Assembly (NCBI GenBank): GCA_000091205.1
Contig: AP006496.2
Source: Cyanidioschyzon merolae
Lineage: Eukaryota
Length of the DNA: 64,000 nucleotides
Reading direction: 5' to 3' (one strand)
Shown here: piece after piece, positions 20,001 to 31,018 of the stretch
How positions within the stretch are numbered: the stretch's first letter is position 1
Layout of the letters: every line of letters begins with the position of its first letter
The notes under the pieces: model-generated
Seen by the model: only the letters and a program-made list of their open reading frames with translations
Told to the model about the DNA's origin: nothing
Databases searched by the model: none
Translations under genes and position numbers: made by a program

Positions 20001-22507
20001 GGTTGTTGCGGGGAAGGCTCTTCAGGTAGGCGCAAACGGTGACTTTTGTCGGCAAACAAAGTATTCCGCGCCAAGTCGCTGTCATCGATATGCTGCCGCT
20101 GCGTTTGCTGCCTCTCTTGGAACGTCACCGGGTCGGGCACCGGCACCGATGCATCATCAACCGTATCGATTGTTTCTTCCATCGCAGATTCAGGTACCTG
20201 CACGGTTGCACTTCGCTTCACGTCTAGCTTCTCTGCTGGAGCGTCTCTCGTGGCTTCGATGGCCCCTGACATCCTCGCCCCGAGTTCCGTTGTACTCTGT
20301 TGAATGCTGTGATGCAAGTGAGCACGCTGTTGTTGCACTGCGCTTTCCCGTGGTGAAGAAGAATTCGCTCTCGACAACGATGACGGTGATGATCGTGACG
20401 TCTCCAGCGACTCTACCTGCTCGCTCGTGTCTGCAGCTGGATATCGCGCTCCTCGCTGCGCAGCGCTTTCCATCGTGGATTCGCCCCAGTGCTCTGACGA
20501 CTTGCCATCGGCATCATCATCCAGTGCAGTCAACTGCAGTGTTTCGACGCCGTTCGCTGCATCGAACGAGACTGGTGTCGGGCGACACGGCGAAGACGAC
20601 CCCGAACCCGTGTACATGCCCGCTGTGAGGCGCACACGTTCACCATTATCCAGCGCACGAAGATGCTGATGTGGTAAAGCTCGCTGCTCCGATACCTGCA
20701 GGGATTCCCGGATAGCAGCGGCCAGTTGTTGTTCTGCCTCCGTCCAGCCTGGCCCGTGCGAAGCACTCTCGCCTTGCACGGGACTCGAGACGTGCGCTGC
20801 GCCAACTGCGATATCGTACCGAGGCGTCGAAGGGGGCGCTGCTGCTTCACCCGACAATGCCGTCGTTTTTGCTGCCTTTGTGTGTTGTTGATGCCAGCTG
20901 CGAGCTGCCTCCTCGATACCGAGCGGTTCGAGTTCAAACTCCGTTAAGCGCATCCGTGTCCGTTTGCGCGCTTTGTGGCCAACGTAACCTGCGCCAAGGC
21001 CACCGAAAAAGCTGCCCACTACTGCGCCAGATGCAACTGTGCCTGTAGCGGCAAGTGCGCTCGCACCAGTGATACCAATGCCAACTAGAGCCGGTAGAAG
21101 AAGCGGCGCTGCAAGCGCTCCAGCTAGTCCAAAGAGCGCCCCTCCGCCAATCGCCATAGCAGCTATTTTGAATGCTCTCCGCCGAGACTTGCGCTTGTAG
21201 CGCTTCTTGGCAAGCGTAGCGTATATCTGAGGGTCCACGTTCCCGCCGTTCAACTCGGGGCAAGTGGGTGCTCTGCTTTCCTCTGGCTGTCCGAGCGTCG
21301 ATGGACTCAGGATGGATGCAGCGTCGAGCGTGACGCCGCGGATGCGTTGCTGTTGCTGTTGCTGTTGCTGGAGAAGTGCGGCTATCGCATACTCGACCAG
21401 CGCCATTTTTCGCCATGGTATTTGGAGCTCGCGTGCAGCGTCCCGCAAGAACACGCGGCAACGGGCGTCGTATCCGCCAGGAGCGAGCGATAGCGTCAAC
21501 ATGGCCTGGAGCGCTGCAAAGCGAACCGCTGGAGCACCAACCAAAGCCGCCGTGGACGCAACCAAGGCACAGCGCTGCGCGGGAATGAGCTCACCTTCTA
21601 GACAGGCTCGCCACAGATACATGAGCGCTTCTCGTTGACTGCATGTGAGACCGAGGCCACTCAGCAGCAGTTGCACGTAGCGTTCCGCAAAGCTAGTGTC
21701 ATATGCGGGTAGGTTGCGGAGCGCTGGACGCCGTGAACTAGCGCTCTGACGCTCAGTGGATGCTGTCGAAGGTCTCTCGTGTGGCTCCGGTGCCGGAGAG
21801 TGCCCCTCGATTGACACTGGAGCGCGATCCCCAGCTCCTGGTCTATCCACTTCGATCGCATTGCTCGTTGGAAGATCACGCTCAAGTATCCGTTTCGAGG
21901 GCGAGGTCGCTGTACGGTGCTCCTGGGTAGCAGCAGCCGGTGCCTGATCGCCGTCCACGTCGCACTGCGGCGCGTCTGCAGACGTGACGACGCTGGGCAA
22001 AGTGCTCATGACAAGTCCGTCATCATGTCGCAGTTCTCGTTCCTTCTCCGCAATGAGGGTTACGAGAAACGCTCCCAGGCCGTAACGTTGCTCGAGGGTC
22101 AGCGTCTCGAGCCCTGGATGGACGGGCTGCTCATCGGTCGCAGGGAGGTCCTCTTGCAGCGCCGTGAAGCGCTCCAGAACTGCATCAGCATCCACGTGAA
22201 AGAGTTCTCGCTCCGTATCGTCCAAGGCGGTAACCAGGGCGCCAAACTCTTCGTCAACCTCGCATTCCTCCGTCTGCAGGAGGTCATACGTCGTTCCGAA
22301 CACTTCCGGGCCGTCAGCCGCTGGCGCTTCGAACACTGCTGGTTCTCCCTCCACGTGATACTGCTCCTTCTGAGGGAGGACCCGATCCAGATCCAGCGGC
22401 TGGTAGTCGCCGCCCACTGCTTCAGAGGCTGCACTCGTGAACCGCGGGAGCGCCTCGTCTGACGTTCGCACATCAAACTCCGTCGTTGAGGCTGCCTTAT
22501 ACGTCAT
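17057..22507 (-). CDS. large (1816 aa) protein with a DUF726 (TMCO4-like alpha/beta-hydrolase) domain, a glycine-zipper transmembrane segment and long low-complexity regions
   Basis: LHLVIFVPGWL...PVTLIGYSHGARVVFKCLEALADAG...LVGAPC matches DUF726 hallmarks (GxSxG-type nucleophile elbow G-Y-S-H-G); TM region GGGALFGLAGALAAPLLLPALVGIGITGASALAATG; poly-Q, poly-A and Ser-rich runs. Confidence 0.7.
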   Translation of the reverse strand: MTYKAASTTEFDVRTSDEALPRFTSAASEAVGGDYQPLDLDRVLPQKEQYHVEGEPAVFEAPAADGPEVFGTTYDLLQTEECEVDEEFGALVTALDDTERELFHVDADAVLERFTALQEDLPATDEQPVHPGLETLTLEQRYGLGAFLVTLIAEKERELRHDDGLVMSTLPSVVTSADAPQCDVDGDQAPAAATQEHRTATSPSKRILERDLPTSNAIEVDRPGAGDRAPVSIEGHSPAPEPHERPSTASTERQSASSRRPALRNLPAYDTSFAERYVQLLLSGLGLTCSQREALMYLWRACLEGELIPAQRCALVASTAALVGAPAVRFAALQAMLTLSLAPGGYDARCRVFLRDAARELQIPWRKMALVEYAIAALLQQQQQQQQRIRGVTLDAASILSPSTLGQPEESRAPTCPELNGGNVDPQIYATLAKKRYKRKSRRRAFKIAAMAIGGGALFGLAGALAAPLLLPALVGIGITGASALAATGTVASGAVVGSFFGGLGAGYVGHKARKRTRMRLTEFELEPLGIEEAARSWHQQHTKAAKTTALSGEAAAPPSTPRYDIAVGAAHVSSPVQGESASHGPGWTEAEQQLAAAIRESLQVSEQRALPHQHLRALDNGERVRLTAGMYTGSGSSSPCRPTPVSFDAANGVETLQLTALDDDADGKSSEHWGESTMESAAQRGARYPAADTSEQVESLETSRSSPSSLSRANSSSPRESAVQQQRAHLHHSIQQSTTELGARMSGAIEATRDAPAEKLDVKRSATVQVPESAMEETIDTVDDASVPVPDPVTFQERQQTQRQHIDDSDLARNTLFADKSHRLRLPEEPSPQQPQLPFASIRTLKSSSHPGGLAPAPMLPEPPTRGTAPLVAASNEDTTGFSGESVGALSTTSLRTASGQGFRHATPASILEKRLAERTWTLRPLHPTTEAHRDDAAATEKASGTSAASDGGAGGAGGAGNQGLTRAIATDAATADDIDSAAVPSSTHETQSGTEDNGAAELVKQEHPLMATRMVRSRGLHLVIFVPGWLTRSRQEGACASQFYSALGNGRLLPYAERYALRWEPDQLFEMGRAFLKFWTTKAATTAAQQAAPHVLQAVSFAAGTLLSSIAWPLFVYSAADIVDGPWSVLLNRANAAGDALADLLALREQGQRPVTLIGYSHGARVVFKCLEALADAGVYGVVDDAFLVGAPCTGDSRRWQRASRAVSGRLVNAYCGTDWALALFHRGSSGQFRVAGLSPIRGCGERVENVNLALLGLEGHRSLREALPRILTALGVETGGLSFPPILPRDVALLGETDAPSLKRPPRGVSTSATTAGTSDAATIDEVSSGNAEARRKGALFDRHRHSRRRDEMRFGADQRGRLSKRELYEQDEDDRQLSLDEDAHLHLLRSSTEGSVPASVAKQYSGKAAVSRTYGSMVQQSALPLIDIETSSDLSSEERGSGSAPQTRPLLPSTRGTWGGSASAFPSRAGSSDSLSGYHDRESGCEEAGRTLSGVFAPGTTAAGAAVAVAGGGGGDVAHAASENTSPAVQSSVDAASASTCSADWTEFVGVAPNQTEDQPKALVHALGIEVAGGRFLPLIEAGTCFPCERTVTVTTCVDRQDAIAFFIYQGSRLRLRPLGAKDAHRHHRLLKIVEFHGFKSPVRHRAGGARVELAFTLDEHGNLEVSIRDVRGDAEETRCTIPSTMLVQRRDAFDSDTESNAADEVSFAELDDTLPGDHSEMRFQREAASLSTLRPSERTAEYTAHAAEASATAPGTQWQTQGSSAEKAKRSKWWSWRRSRRHRPHDHPCQPSASRPRAQDGYTTTTWHSGA

Positions 22508-22826
22508 GAGCTACAAAATGGAGCCTTCGGAGTTCCCGTATTGCCGTTTCTGGTGTCTTTCGATGACCAGCTCTGTCGACAAGTCCCAGTGCTCGAAGAG
22601 AAGCTCAGCAGCTGCCGTCGTCAAGCAGTACAAACACAACTGTTATCGGGCTCCGTTCAGCGGTCAACGGTACGTTCCCCTGTAGTACCAGCTATTGTTG
22701 CAATAAGTTCTCAGTGCATTCGACCGTTCAGTTTTCCGGAACAGCGAATGTCTCTGAAATTCCTAAGCCTCTGACTGTGCTAAAGCGAAAACCCTGCAGA
22801 GAAAAACATCGCGACTTGGCTCGCAA

Positions 22827-24668
22827 TTGCCTCTGGAGCATCGCCGTGGTGGCCTTAACGGAAAACGCTTCAAGTCGCCTGAAGCGCTACGCTCTGCTGC
22901 CGTGGTCGACTTGTGCACTGGAGGCTACCGAACTTCTAATCAAGGCCGCGACTTGAGTGGAACGGGAACCAAAGCAGACCTCCTAGGCTGCGGTGGTGGA
23001 CGTGCACTGGAGACTACTGAACGTCGAGTAGTCTCGGGTCGTGCTGCGACACTCGGACCGGTACGCAACGCACCAACTGGAGTCGTGTGCGTCAAACGAC
23101 TCGCGTGCTTCACGAGTCTACAGAGAAGGACTCGACTAGGACAAGTGCTTCACCAGCGTTTCCTCGTGCTCGACACCTTCGGAGCGGAACCCGACTCCAA
23201 CGCTTTCGCGTTATCGACTGTTCGCTTGCTGAAGGTCGGATACGTTGCGGCGCTTTCATCGACGCACTGGTCAGACGCCATGTTCCAGGTGCTCGTCGTT
23301 GGCGCCAGTGTAGGTGGTCTCGCAACCGCCGCCCAACTGCAACGACGAGGCGTGACTAACTTTCAGGTTATTGAAGCAACGAACCGATCGGCACGAGCGA
23401 GTGCCAGTCGAGCTGTGGGCCTCTGGACGAACGCCTGGCAAGTTCTGGACGCTCTGGGGATCGCTGCTGCACTTCGCCAAGCGAGTCCGTGGAATACGAC
23501 AGAGTTCTGGGTCCAGGACCTGCCAACTGCAGACTTGACAGCGCATGCGTGCCTGCGTCGTTTTGCACTCCCCAGGGGTCACGAGTTCCGCCGAGTTCCG
23601 CTTCAAGCGCTGACAGACGCGCTGGCTGCGTCCCTGCCTGCGGAGCACCTGCACTATGGTATGGATATGGAGCAATGGCTCAGGCAGAGAGCGGCAGTCT
23701 CAGAGCCTGCTTCGACACCGGAGATGGATCGAGGTCGTGAGAAACTGGGGCTCTGGGAGTCACCAGCATTCCCTCCAGACCTCTTTCTTGTTGGAGCCGA
23801 TGGTGCTCGCTCCGTCGTTCGCCATCGACTAGTTGGAGACGACCGACCGCTACGCGATGCGGGCTACGTAGCCCACACAGGCGTTGCGCAGCTTCCGTTG
23901 CCTGGATGCAACGCTGAGGACCCTGGGAACGCGCTGGGGAGCGTCGAACTCACCAAACCGGGTCGTGTGCTTCTTCTGCTTGGCCGCGGGGACGGCACGC
24001 GCCTAGGCGTGCAAAGAATCAACGAACATCAAGTATTTTGGTTTTACTGTGAAAACTGCGGTGCGGCCTCAAATCAACCAGCAAACAAGTCAAAGGAGCT
24101 GCGCATGCTGCGCGGCTCCGAAACCAAGCAACGCGCCTGGGAACGTGTCTCACGCTCTGTAGCACGTCCACACGGGGTGCTTTGGAATGCACTTGAACAA
24201 CTGTTTCGAGAAACTCCAGCGGAAGCCGCGAATACATTCGCTTGTGCTGATCTCTTCCCGCCTGTCTATGACGGTACGCTGGGGTTCGATGACGTTCCTG
24301 TGGCGCTCGTTGGGGACGCAGCTCATCCGATCACTCCGAATCTCTCACAGGGCGCTGGTCTAGCGTTGGAAGATGGCTGGATGTTGGCCAATCTTTTGGC
24401 GGACGCCTACATTCGCAACGGCAACCGTGATGAGCAACAAGCGGAGCAGCGGCAGGAGCACTGGAGTGCTCGGGTTCGGCGAAAATACCGGCAGCGAAGA
24501 CGCTGGCGAGCTAGCGTACTCGCGCTCCGCTCCCGAGCTACTGGTGCGGTGTTGCAACTCCCGCTGCCGTCCTCAACCCTGGTGACGATTCGAAACCGCA
24601 TTTTGTTGCCACTGGCTCTACAACCTCATTGGTTCGTGAGCCATGCAAACTTTTCTGCTAGAGGCTGA
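22827..24668 (+). CDS. FAD-dependent monooxygenase (zeaxanthin-epoxidase / salicylate-hydroxylase-like); the catalytic part may start at the Met at 23280 (MFQVLVVGASVGG), with the upstream 150 aa a targeting extension or spurious
   Basis: dinucleotide-binding VLVVGASVGGLATAAQL, DG motif LVGADGARSVVR, and the GD/FAD motif ALVGDAAHPITPNLSQGAGLALEDGWMLANLL. Confidence 0.8.
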   Translation: MPLEHRRGGLNGKRFKSPEALRSAAVVDLCTGGYRTSNQGRDLSGTGTKADLLGCGGGRALETTERRVVSGRAATLGPVRNAPTGVVCVKRLACFTSLQRRTRLGQVLHQRFLVLDTFGAEPDSNAFALSTVRLLKVGYVAALSSTHWSDAMFQVLVVGASVGGLATAAQLQRRGVTNFQVIEATNRSARASASRAVGLWTNAWQVLDALGIAAALRQASPWNTTEFWVQDLPTADLTAHACLRRFALPRGHEFRRVPLQALTDALAASLPAEHLHYGMDMEQWLRQRAAVSEPASTPEMDRGREKLGLWESPAFPPDLFLVGADGARSVVRHRLVGDDRPLRDAGYVAHTGVAQLPLPGCNAEDPGNALGSVELTKPGRVLLLLGRGDGTRLGVQRINEHQVFWFYCENCGAASNQPANKSKELRMLRGSETKQRAWERVSRSVARPHGVLWNALEQLFRETPAEAANTFACADLFPPVYDGTLGFDDVPVALVGDAAHPITPNLSQGAGLALEDGWMLANLLADAYIRNGNRDEQQAEQRQEHWSARVRRKYRQRRRWRASVLALRSRATGAVLQLPLPSSTLVTIRNRILLPLALQPHWFVSHANFSARG

Positions 24669-27600
24669 ACGCACAGCGACAGCGGCAACGCAGTATATGC
24701 GCTCCTTTTGATTGTGCAGCGTCTACGACACGAAGCTGATGATATGCGCAGTGTCGGGAATTCACCAGGACTAGTATCCGACGAGCAAGTCTTCACGCTA
24801 CGCGATAAGCGAACTGGCTTGGTGACGGATTGTCATGCACCAAGTCTCGCCGTGTTCGTCCTCGTGGCTCGGGTGAACGCTTCCACTTGAGCGGAATCAC
24901 TGGCAGAGCGACATACCGCATCTTGCTCGATGGAGACTGCGACGTGTGTCACGTTATTCGTTGGATACCCCGCAACAGCACTTTGATAATCGTCTACGTG
25001 ATACAACGAGTGACGGTACCGTGGGTATCGTCACTGCATTCCAGACGGAAGCGAGCGAGCAGGTTGCTTCAAATGCTGCGGCGTTCTCCAATCGCGTATC
25101 TGAACGCAGAATCGAAACCCACGCGAGAAAAACGCTCACACTGCAGACGTCTGGACGACCATGTGCTGCCACTCTCTCGTGCGCACAGGTATCTATCTGG
25201 ATATCATACAGTGCGCTCTTTCTCAGAGCAGGACTTGAAAACGAGTACATGCCATCGACCAGTGCAGTACTCCGTGCATTGCTTCGCTGCTCGTTCGCTG
25301 CTGGCAGTCTCGACGCCGGGGTGTACTTTTCGCGAAGCGTTGATGCCCCCAGTGCGCTGGAGAAACCGTTGTCGCACGTCGCTACGTTGCCGTCCTTAAA
25401 GGAATATCAATCGACACCATCTTGCGTTGCAGCACGACTGGGGTAGACTGGGTCCCATCGAATCATGGAACACCAGTACCGCCTCACATATGCACACGCG
25501 AAAGCGTTCTCTGCGTATGGCTACGGCGCCTCTGCCCGGCAGCGTTGCTGAAGTTACCGTAAGAGTGCCTCGCCTGCAGGCGAGGCACTCGATGCCCTCT
25601 CTCTCCCCCGGACCTGATCGTTTTCCATCGCGAGTCTGCAGCGTTCTAGCACAACGCGTAGACGGCGTACTCAACGGCTCGCTCTGACATTCGCCCGACA
25701 TACAAAGCCGCTGGACGCTCCCGATAGACATGGTATTTCCAAATGTCGATCGAGGCGTTCCAAGGTCGATGGAGAGAAAAACCCGTACACATCGTTTCTG
25801 ACGGAATCACAGTGTGTCAAGCCTCTTTCTGTCGATTGTGTTACCATGGGGCCTCCAGTAACCATGCCGTGCATCATCTCGAGCGTCCAGCACTGTATCA
25901 TTCCTTTGTTCTTTATCTCTTTCGCTGTGCGCCCTTGCTGGTAAGGTGCCCATGTCGTCATGAACGCATCCATGGGAATTGTGCAGAATCCATGCCTCAA
26001 TTTTGAGGTCCTCGTCGAGCGAGCAGGAGCCCAGCTGCTGCGCGCAACAGCAAGTCCAAGGTCACAGACTACCACGAAACGACACGAGGAGTCCACGTTT
26101 CCCTCTCCGTGTCATCGAAAATTTTGGGAATGCACACTTTTCGCCTCCGTAACACCGAAACTACTGGCGGCCGCAGCACAGATTCGCACACCCCCATGCC
26201 AAACACTGTCCGCATCATCTACTTGGATGCTCACGTACGCTTTCTGAATGAAGAGAGCAAAAGCATCCACTTCTGCTCGATACGATGCTGCGGGCGTCGA
26301 AATCATCCCTGATGCCGTCATTCGTGGTGCTGGCCTGCCCCCAGGCGTTTACGATGACTGAATTCGGATGATACTGTGCCCTGGAAGCGTTGAGCAGATT
26401 CATTTGCTTGTCTTTCAGGTCTTTGGCTGCGTCGTTTTGATGTAGAGGTGTGACGACAACCCCGACGCCCTTGAACGCAGCATCCATGCCGGCCAAGAAA
26501 GCATCCGCGTCAGCCATTCTGGACAGACAGACCCTAGTCTCAACGCTCGAATCTGGCCTCGATATCACAGACTGCCTGCAGGGTGAAACTTCGTCGGTGT
26601 CCATCGTCACTGAGCACCTGACTCCATTCCCTGGCTGCAAACTGGGAACCCTGAGCGAGCTCCGTGCGTCCTATTCGCGTGATTGTTCAAATGATCCATG
26701 CTTGCCCGCAGAGACCAGCCTCAACACACTGATGTTGCGGTATCGTTCCCAAGTGACTACGGTGATTTCATGGGCCTTGATCGGACACATGGGACAAGAT
26801 TGAATGGATCATTGAGAAGGCAAGCGAGCTCGCATTCGAGATGAGCGTCTGATCTAATCAGAAAAGCTCAGTCCAGGAATACGTAGTAGCTCGAGATGAA
26901 AGGAATGCAGCGAAGGCGTTTCAACAATCGTTTGGCTACGACATTTGTCGGTCCGAGGCAGGAAGCGCTGCCTTGGACGATCTGAGGTGACGCTCGAGTT
27001 TGTCGCGACATCGCTTCCGCCACTGTCAGCTGGCCATTTGACTCTATCGACACCCGAAAACTCCCGTCCACCAGTGTACCCTGTCTGGGCTGGAAACACG
27101 AGGCTACAACGCTCGCAGTGCGTGCCTCGGGAATCGCTCGACAGTAGCCCCAACTCGGTCGTCTTGGTCTCCTAGGCTGCTTTTATACTTGTTGTCATCT
27201 GCTTTGTAGAAGCGTTAGTCTCGGATATGGCATGGCGACGTCCCCAGGTATTCCGAGCAGCATGGGTGCAAATCTCTGATCCCATGATCAGGCCGTAGTG
27301 CATCTTCTGTTCCGAGCATCAGCTGTGCAGCTCCCTAAAGGTCTGAATGGAGACTTTCAGAGAAATTTGGACAGCTTGCAGCCCTGCAACTCAAACCTCT
27401 ATGAGCAGTTTCTCGATGAGGTGCGTCACAAAGACAGACGCTAGGCGAGACTTCCATGCGTACAAACTTACGCAACCTCTATTGGCGTCCTGCATCTCGC
27501 TTTTTCGAAGCATATCTCTGTCGAAGCGTTTTCGAAGCGACGAGCTGAAAGCGCTTTTCCGAGTGATCTATCCGCCCGCCCCGACAGCTGTTCCTTCCTG

Positions 27601-28989
27601 TCCCTTCTCGGAGGCTTTTCGGGATGATCCTTGTCGTCATTGAATGGTGGCTTCTGCTACATCCTCAACTTTTCGTTCACTCGCTGAGTTGGCATTGGTG
27701 TGGTCCCTGTCCCGCATATCCGGTTTTTCCTTGGGATTCAGACGCATTGGATGGCCAGCGCGCCAGAATCTCGCCTATAATGTGCATGTATCTCCTATTC
27801 TCCGCATAACATTGCTTTATGGTGTCCGTCACGAGCATGCCTGCGGAACGAAGCGCGCCGTTGGGCTCCCTCCTGCTCTAGAACAGAGAAGCAACAGCGT
27901 ATTTGAGGGCTCGTGATGGAAGAGAGTGGCTTGTCGAAGAACAGTGCTACGCATGCGAACGACTTGTCTGCTGATCGACGGGCGTGGATATGGCGTTCGA
28001 TAACAGAAAAGACGACTTTGACTTGGTGCACCCATGTTGCATAGGCTGGCGCGAACAACAGCTCAACGACAGTCGCGGTTGCGTACTCCTCGAGCGCTTT
28101 TGCGTGACGGAAAGCTACGTCGTCACACATCGGGGCGGAAGAATTTGGGAGTTAGAAGCAGTGAAATGCGTCGACAAAGGCAGAGGTGTCGAACGATGCT
28201 GTCCGCTTGGCGATTCGTAGGCGAACACACGATTCAATCACTGGTAGGGCTGATTTGTCGTCATTCCTTTGGTCTTTTTTGACGAACAGCGGAATGCTGC
28301 TCTTTGAGTGCCCATATACGGGTCCACAATATCTCCTGAACAATGCCTGATGGTGTGAGGCGAACACATGTCGCTCCTGTAGACATGGTTCGCGTTTCAT
28401 CTGGGAACCGTTCGTGTAGTATCCGTGAACTGGTGGTCTCCTGTAGCAACGCGCTCGTTTCTCGGTCCAAACGTGTCGCCTCATGACCATTCGTATCACC
28501 GGTATGGATACCTCACATTGTGTACCATCTCTGGTGCTGTTTCCTAAAGAATCTGTGGAGTCGAATCGATGGACAGGGTGACAGTCGTGCAGACTGAGTT
28601 TCAGACGTTCTGTTTTGGCTACACGAAGCTCACGACAAGGACTCAAAGCAGGTGGATTCATCCTCCTGCTTATCTTAGAACGACTGCAATCTTAAGTCAG
28701 TCCTTTTTCGCAAGCCAGCAGTGGCAGAACCAGGCCTCCATACGAAAGTTCTCCGACCTACTGGAATCATTCCTTTTGTTGAACACATGCGAAAGAAGCA
28801 AACAACTAGAGGCGTACCGGCGCATGCAGTCCAGACTTCAGGGTTCTGGGTGGAACTCCCGAACCCATGAACGCAAATCACAACTTGTCACTCACTCAGA
28901 AATTCTACTGAGATAATTCCGTTCGAGCAAAATGTAGCGGGCATGCTGTAGCCGGAGACTGCGTCGCTTTCGAGTCTCCTCACTGGGTC

Positions 28990-29553
28990 TCAGTGTTCAC
29001 GCAACACATCATCGAGCGACTTCTGCAGAGTCGCGAGATCTCGCCAGCACTTGCGCTGCAGTTTGAGTTCCTCTTCGTCATCAGTATCCTCGATGAGCGG
29101 CAGGAATAGGACGCATGTTGGCCGCTTGAGTTGAGCCGCCTTGCCCAGCAACTCACGAGAAGGCACGAAGCAGTAAGGGATGCCCGTCTCCTCGCAGAGG
29201 ATCGGGACGTGAGCAATGACATCAACGGGCGCGACGTCCGCAGCCATCACACAGAAGCCACGAGCACCTTTCCGAATGCTCTTGACTACTTCTTTGACAC
29301 CGCGTCGGAGCTGCTTCTTACCCGCTAGTTTCTTCGCTAGCTTCAGGATCCGTTTCGTAAGTTTACGCCCCGCAAGCGGCTGCGCAATCACTGAGCACTG
29401 CAGTTTTTGACGCAGTTCCTCTGCAACCTCATCAGCTGTTTGATCCTGGTTGAAAACGTGCCCCTCTGTCACTGCAGCAGTCAGAGTGCAATCTGCGCCG
29501 ACGTCCTCGGTGTCGGAGCCCAGTGCCGAACGAGGACGCTTCTTGTCCGGCAT
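28990..29553 (-). CDS. NHP2: H/ACA snoRNP protein NHP2 (L7Ae/L30e family); the ORF continues upstream to 29625 but Met-25 (MPDKKRP...) is the likelier start
   Basis: AQPLAGRKLTKRILKLAKKLAGKKQLRRGVKEVVKSIRKGARGFCVMAADVAPVDVIAHVPILCEETGIPYCFVPSRELLGKAAQLKRPTCV aligns residue-by-residue with yeast NHP2 (AKPLASKKLNKKVLKTVKKASKAKNVKRGVKEVVKALRKGEKGLVVIAGDISPADVISHIPVLCEDHSVPYIFIPSKQDLGAAGATKRPTSV). Confidence 0.8.
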   Translation of the reverse strand: MPDKKRPRSALGSDTEDVGADCTLTAAVTEGHVFNQDQTADEVAEELRQKLQCSVIAQPLAGRKLTKRILKLAKKLAGKKQLRRGVKEVVKSIRKGARGFCVMAADVAPVDVIAHVPILCEETGIPYCFVPSRELLGKAAQLKRPTCVLFLPLIEDTDDEEELKLQRKCWRDLATLQKSLDDVLREH

Positions 29554-29710
29554 AGAAAGTTCGGCAGCGATCTCCAGGGGATACCTGGGGGAAAACTTTT
29601 CAATGATATTTCTTTGCTTTTTCAAAGCAAAAACGTGCCCTGCCTCGAGCGTGAAAGCGTCGGAAAGGAAAGCGCTTTCCCTGCAGCCTCGTTAGACACA
29701 AGTTTTCCAC

Positions 29711-29752
29711 CGTGCCGTGCCGTGCCGTGCCGTGCCGCAGCCGCAGCCGCAG
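29711..29752. repeat. (CCGTG)5 then (CCGCAG)3 microsatellite in the NHP2 upstream region
   Basis: ccgtgccgtgccgtgccgtgccgtgccgcagccgcagccgcagc read directly. Confidence 0.9.
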
Positions 29753-31018
29753 CGAACGCCAGCGCACCATCGAGGCGCTCATTTCATACACCAAGCCGCT
29801 GCACTGGTTGGTGGCATCGAGGAGTGCTCTCGGCCGTACCGGGGTGGCGTTCGGAAAACCAGACAGACGTTCGGAACAAGTTCCAAAATCGTGTTGTATT
29901 ACATCTGTGAGCAGGCGGGGTTTCCTAGCCTTGAACAATTTGGTGAAAGTGTCCGAACTCTATCGAACGTTTCTGGGGTTGCTGGTTCAAACTGGGAGCC
30001 AAAGCTATAAAGTTAACGAAATGCATGCTTTATTGAGCTTCTGCACGGCGTTCTAGAAACAAAATCATTGAAAGGGGACGGAATTCCGTGTTCAAATGAG
30101 ACTCACTATTTCAACCGTTGACGAAAAGCGCGTGTGCCGCACGATACCCAGTATGAGCACACGGGGTCCTTCTGAAGACTGTTCGAGTCGTTCGTGTGGG
30201 CACGTGGAGGCTCGCCACGCAGATGAGGATACCTCGTCTGGCATACGTCACAAACGCTTCGTGTAGATCTCGTGGAGGATGCGGTGCCAGCAAGAGAGAC
30301 CGCTTCAGCGAGTCTCGTGAACCATCCGCTGCAGCGGAACGTCTCGTGTTCGGGCGCCATGACGCGTGACCCGGGCACCAGTGCCTACCGGTGCACCGGC
30401 ACGCATCGAGAAGCCTGCGAAAGGCCTGTAAGCCTCGAGTTACGGTAGTCCGAACGTGGTGAATGGTGACGGTCTGCTGCAGCAAGCCGTCTCGAACAGC
30501 TACGCATAGCGAAGCATTGCTTTCAAGGAGTTGCATTTTCCCGTACAGTGGAAGCGAGCACGCCCACTGCCGTGCATCTGAACTCAGGGTGGCTGTGCCT
30601 CAGGCAGGCAGAGGGCGCACCGCCTCATTTTATTCTGGGCATGTACATGCACCGCTGCGAAGGGATCACGGCGAAATCGAGTGCCTGTTTCTATACAAGC
30701 TGGTTGTTTCATCAGGTCTCGCTTACGCGAAATCGAGCACAGCATCCGCTGGCGATATGGATTCTACCAGTGTCGGCGGGCGAAATTTCTGTGTTTCAAG
30801 GGAGACTCGTTGAAGTCTCTGCGGAGCTGCAGACCTGTGCACGGAGCGCCAGGCACATATCGACGCACACTCGTGGTCTCCAAAAGCACCTAATGAAAGC
30901 GCTCCTCATCAAGATCCTTCTGTGGATTTGTCAAAATACCCGCCAGGCAGGGTATGCAAAAGCATCCGATGGGAGCGCTCCTCACCAAGATCTTTCTGGA
31001 GATTCCTTAACATACCCA

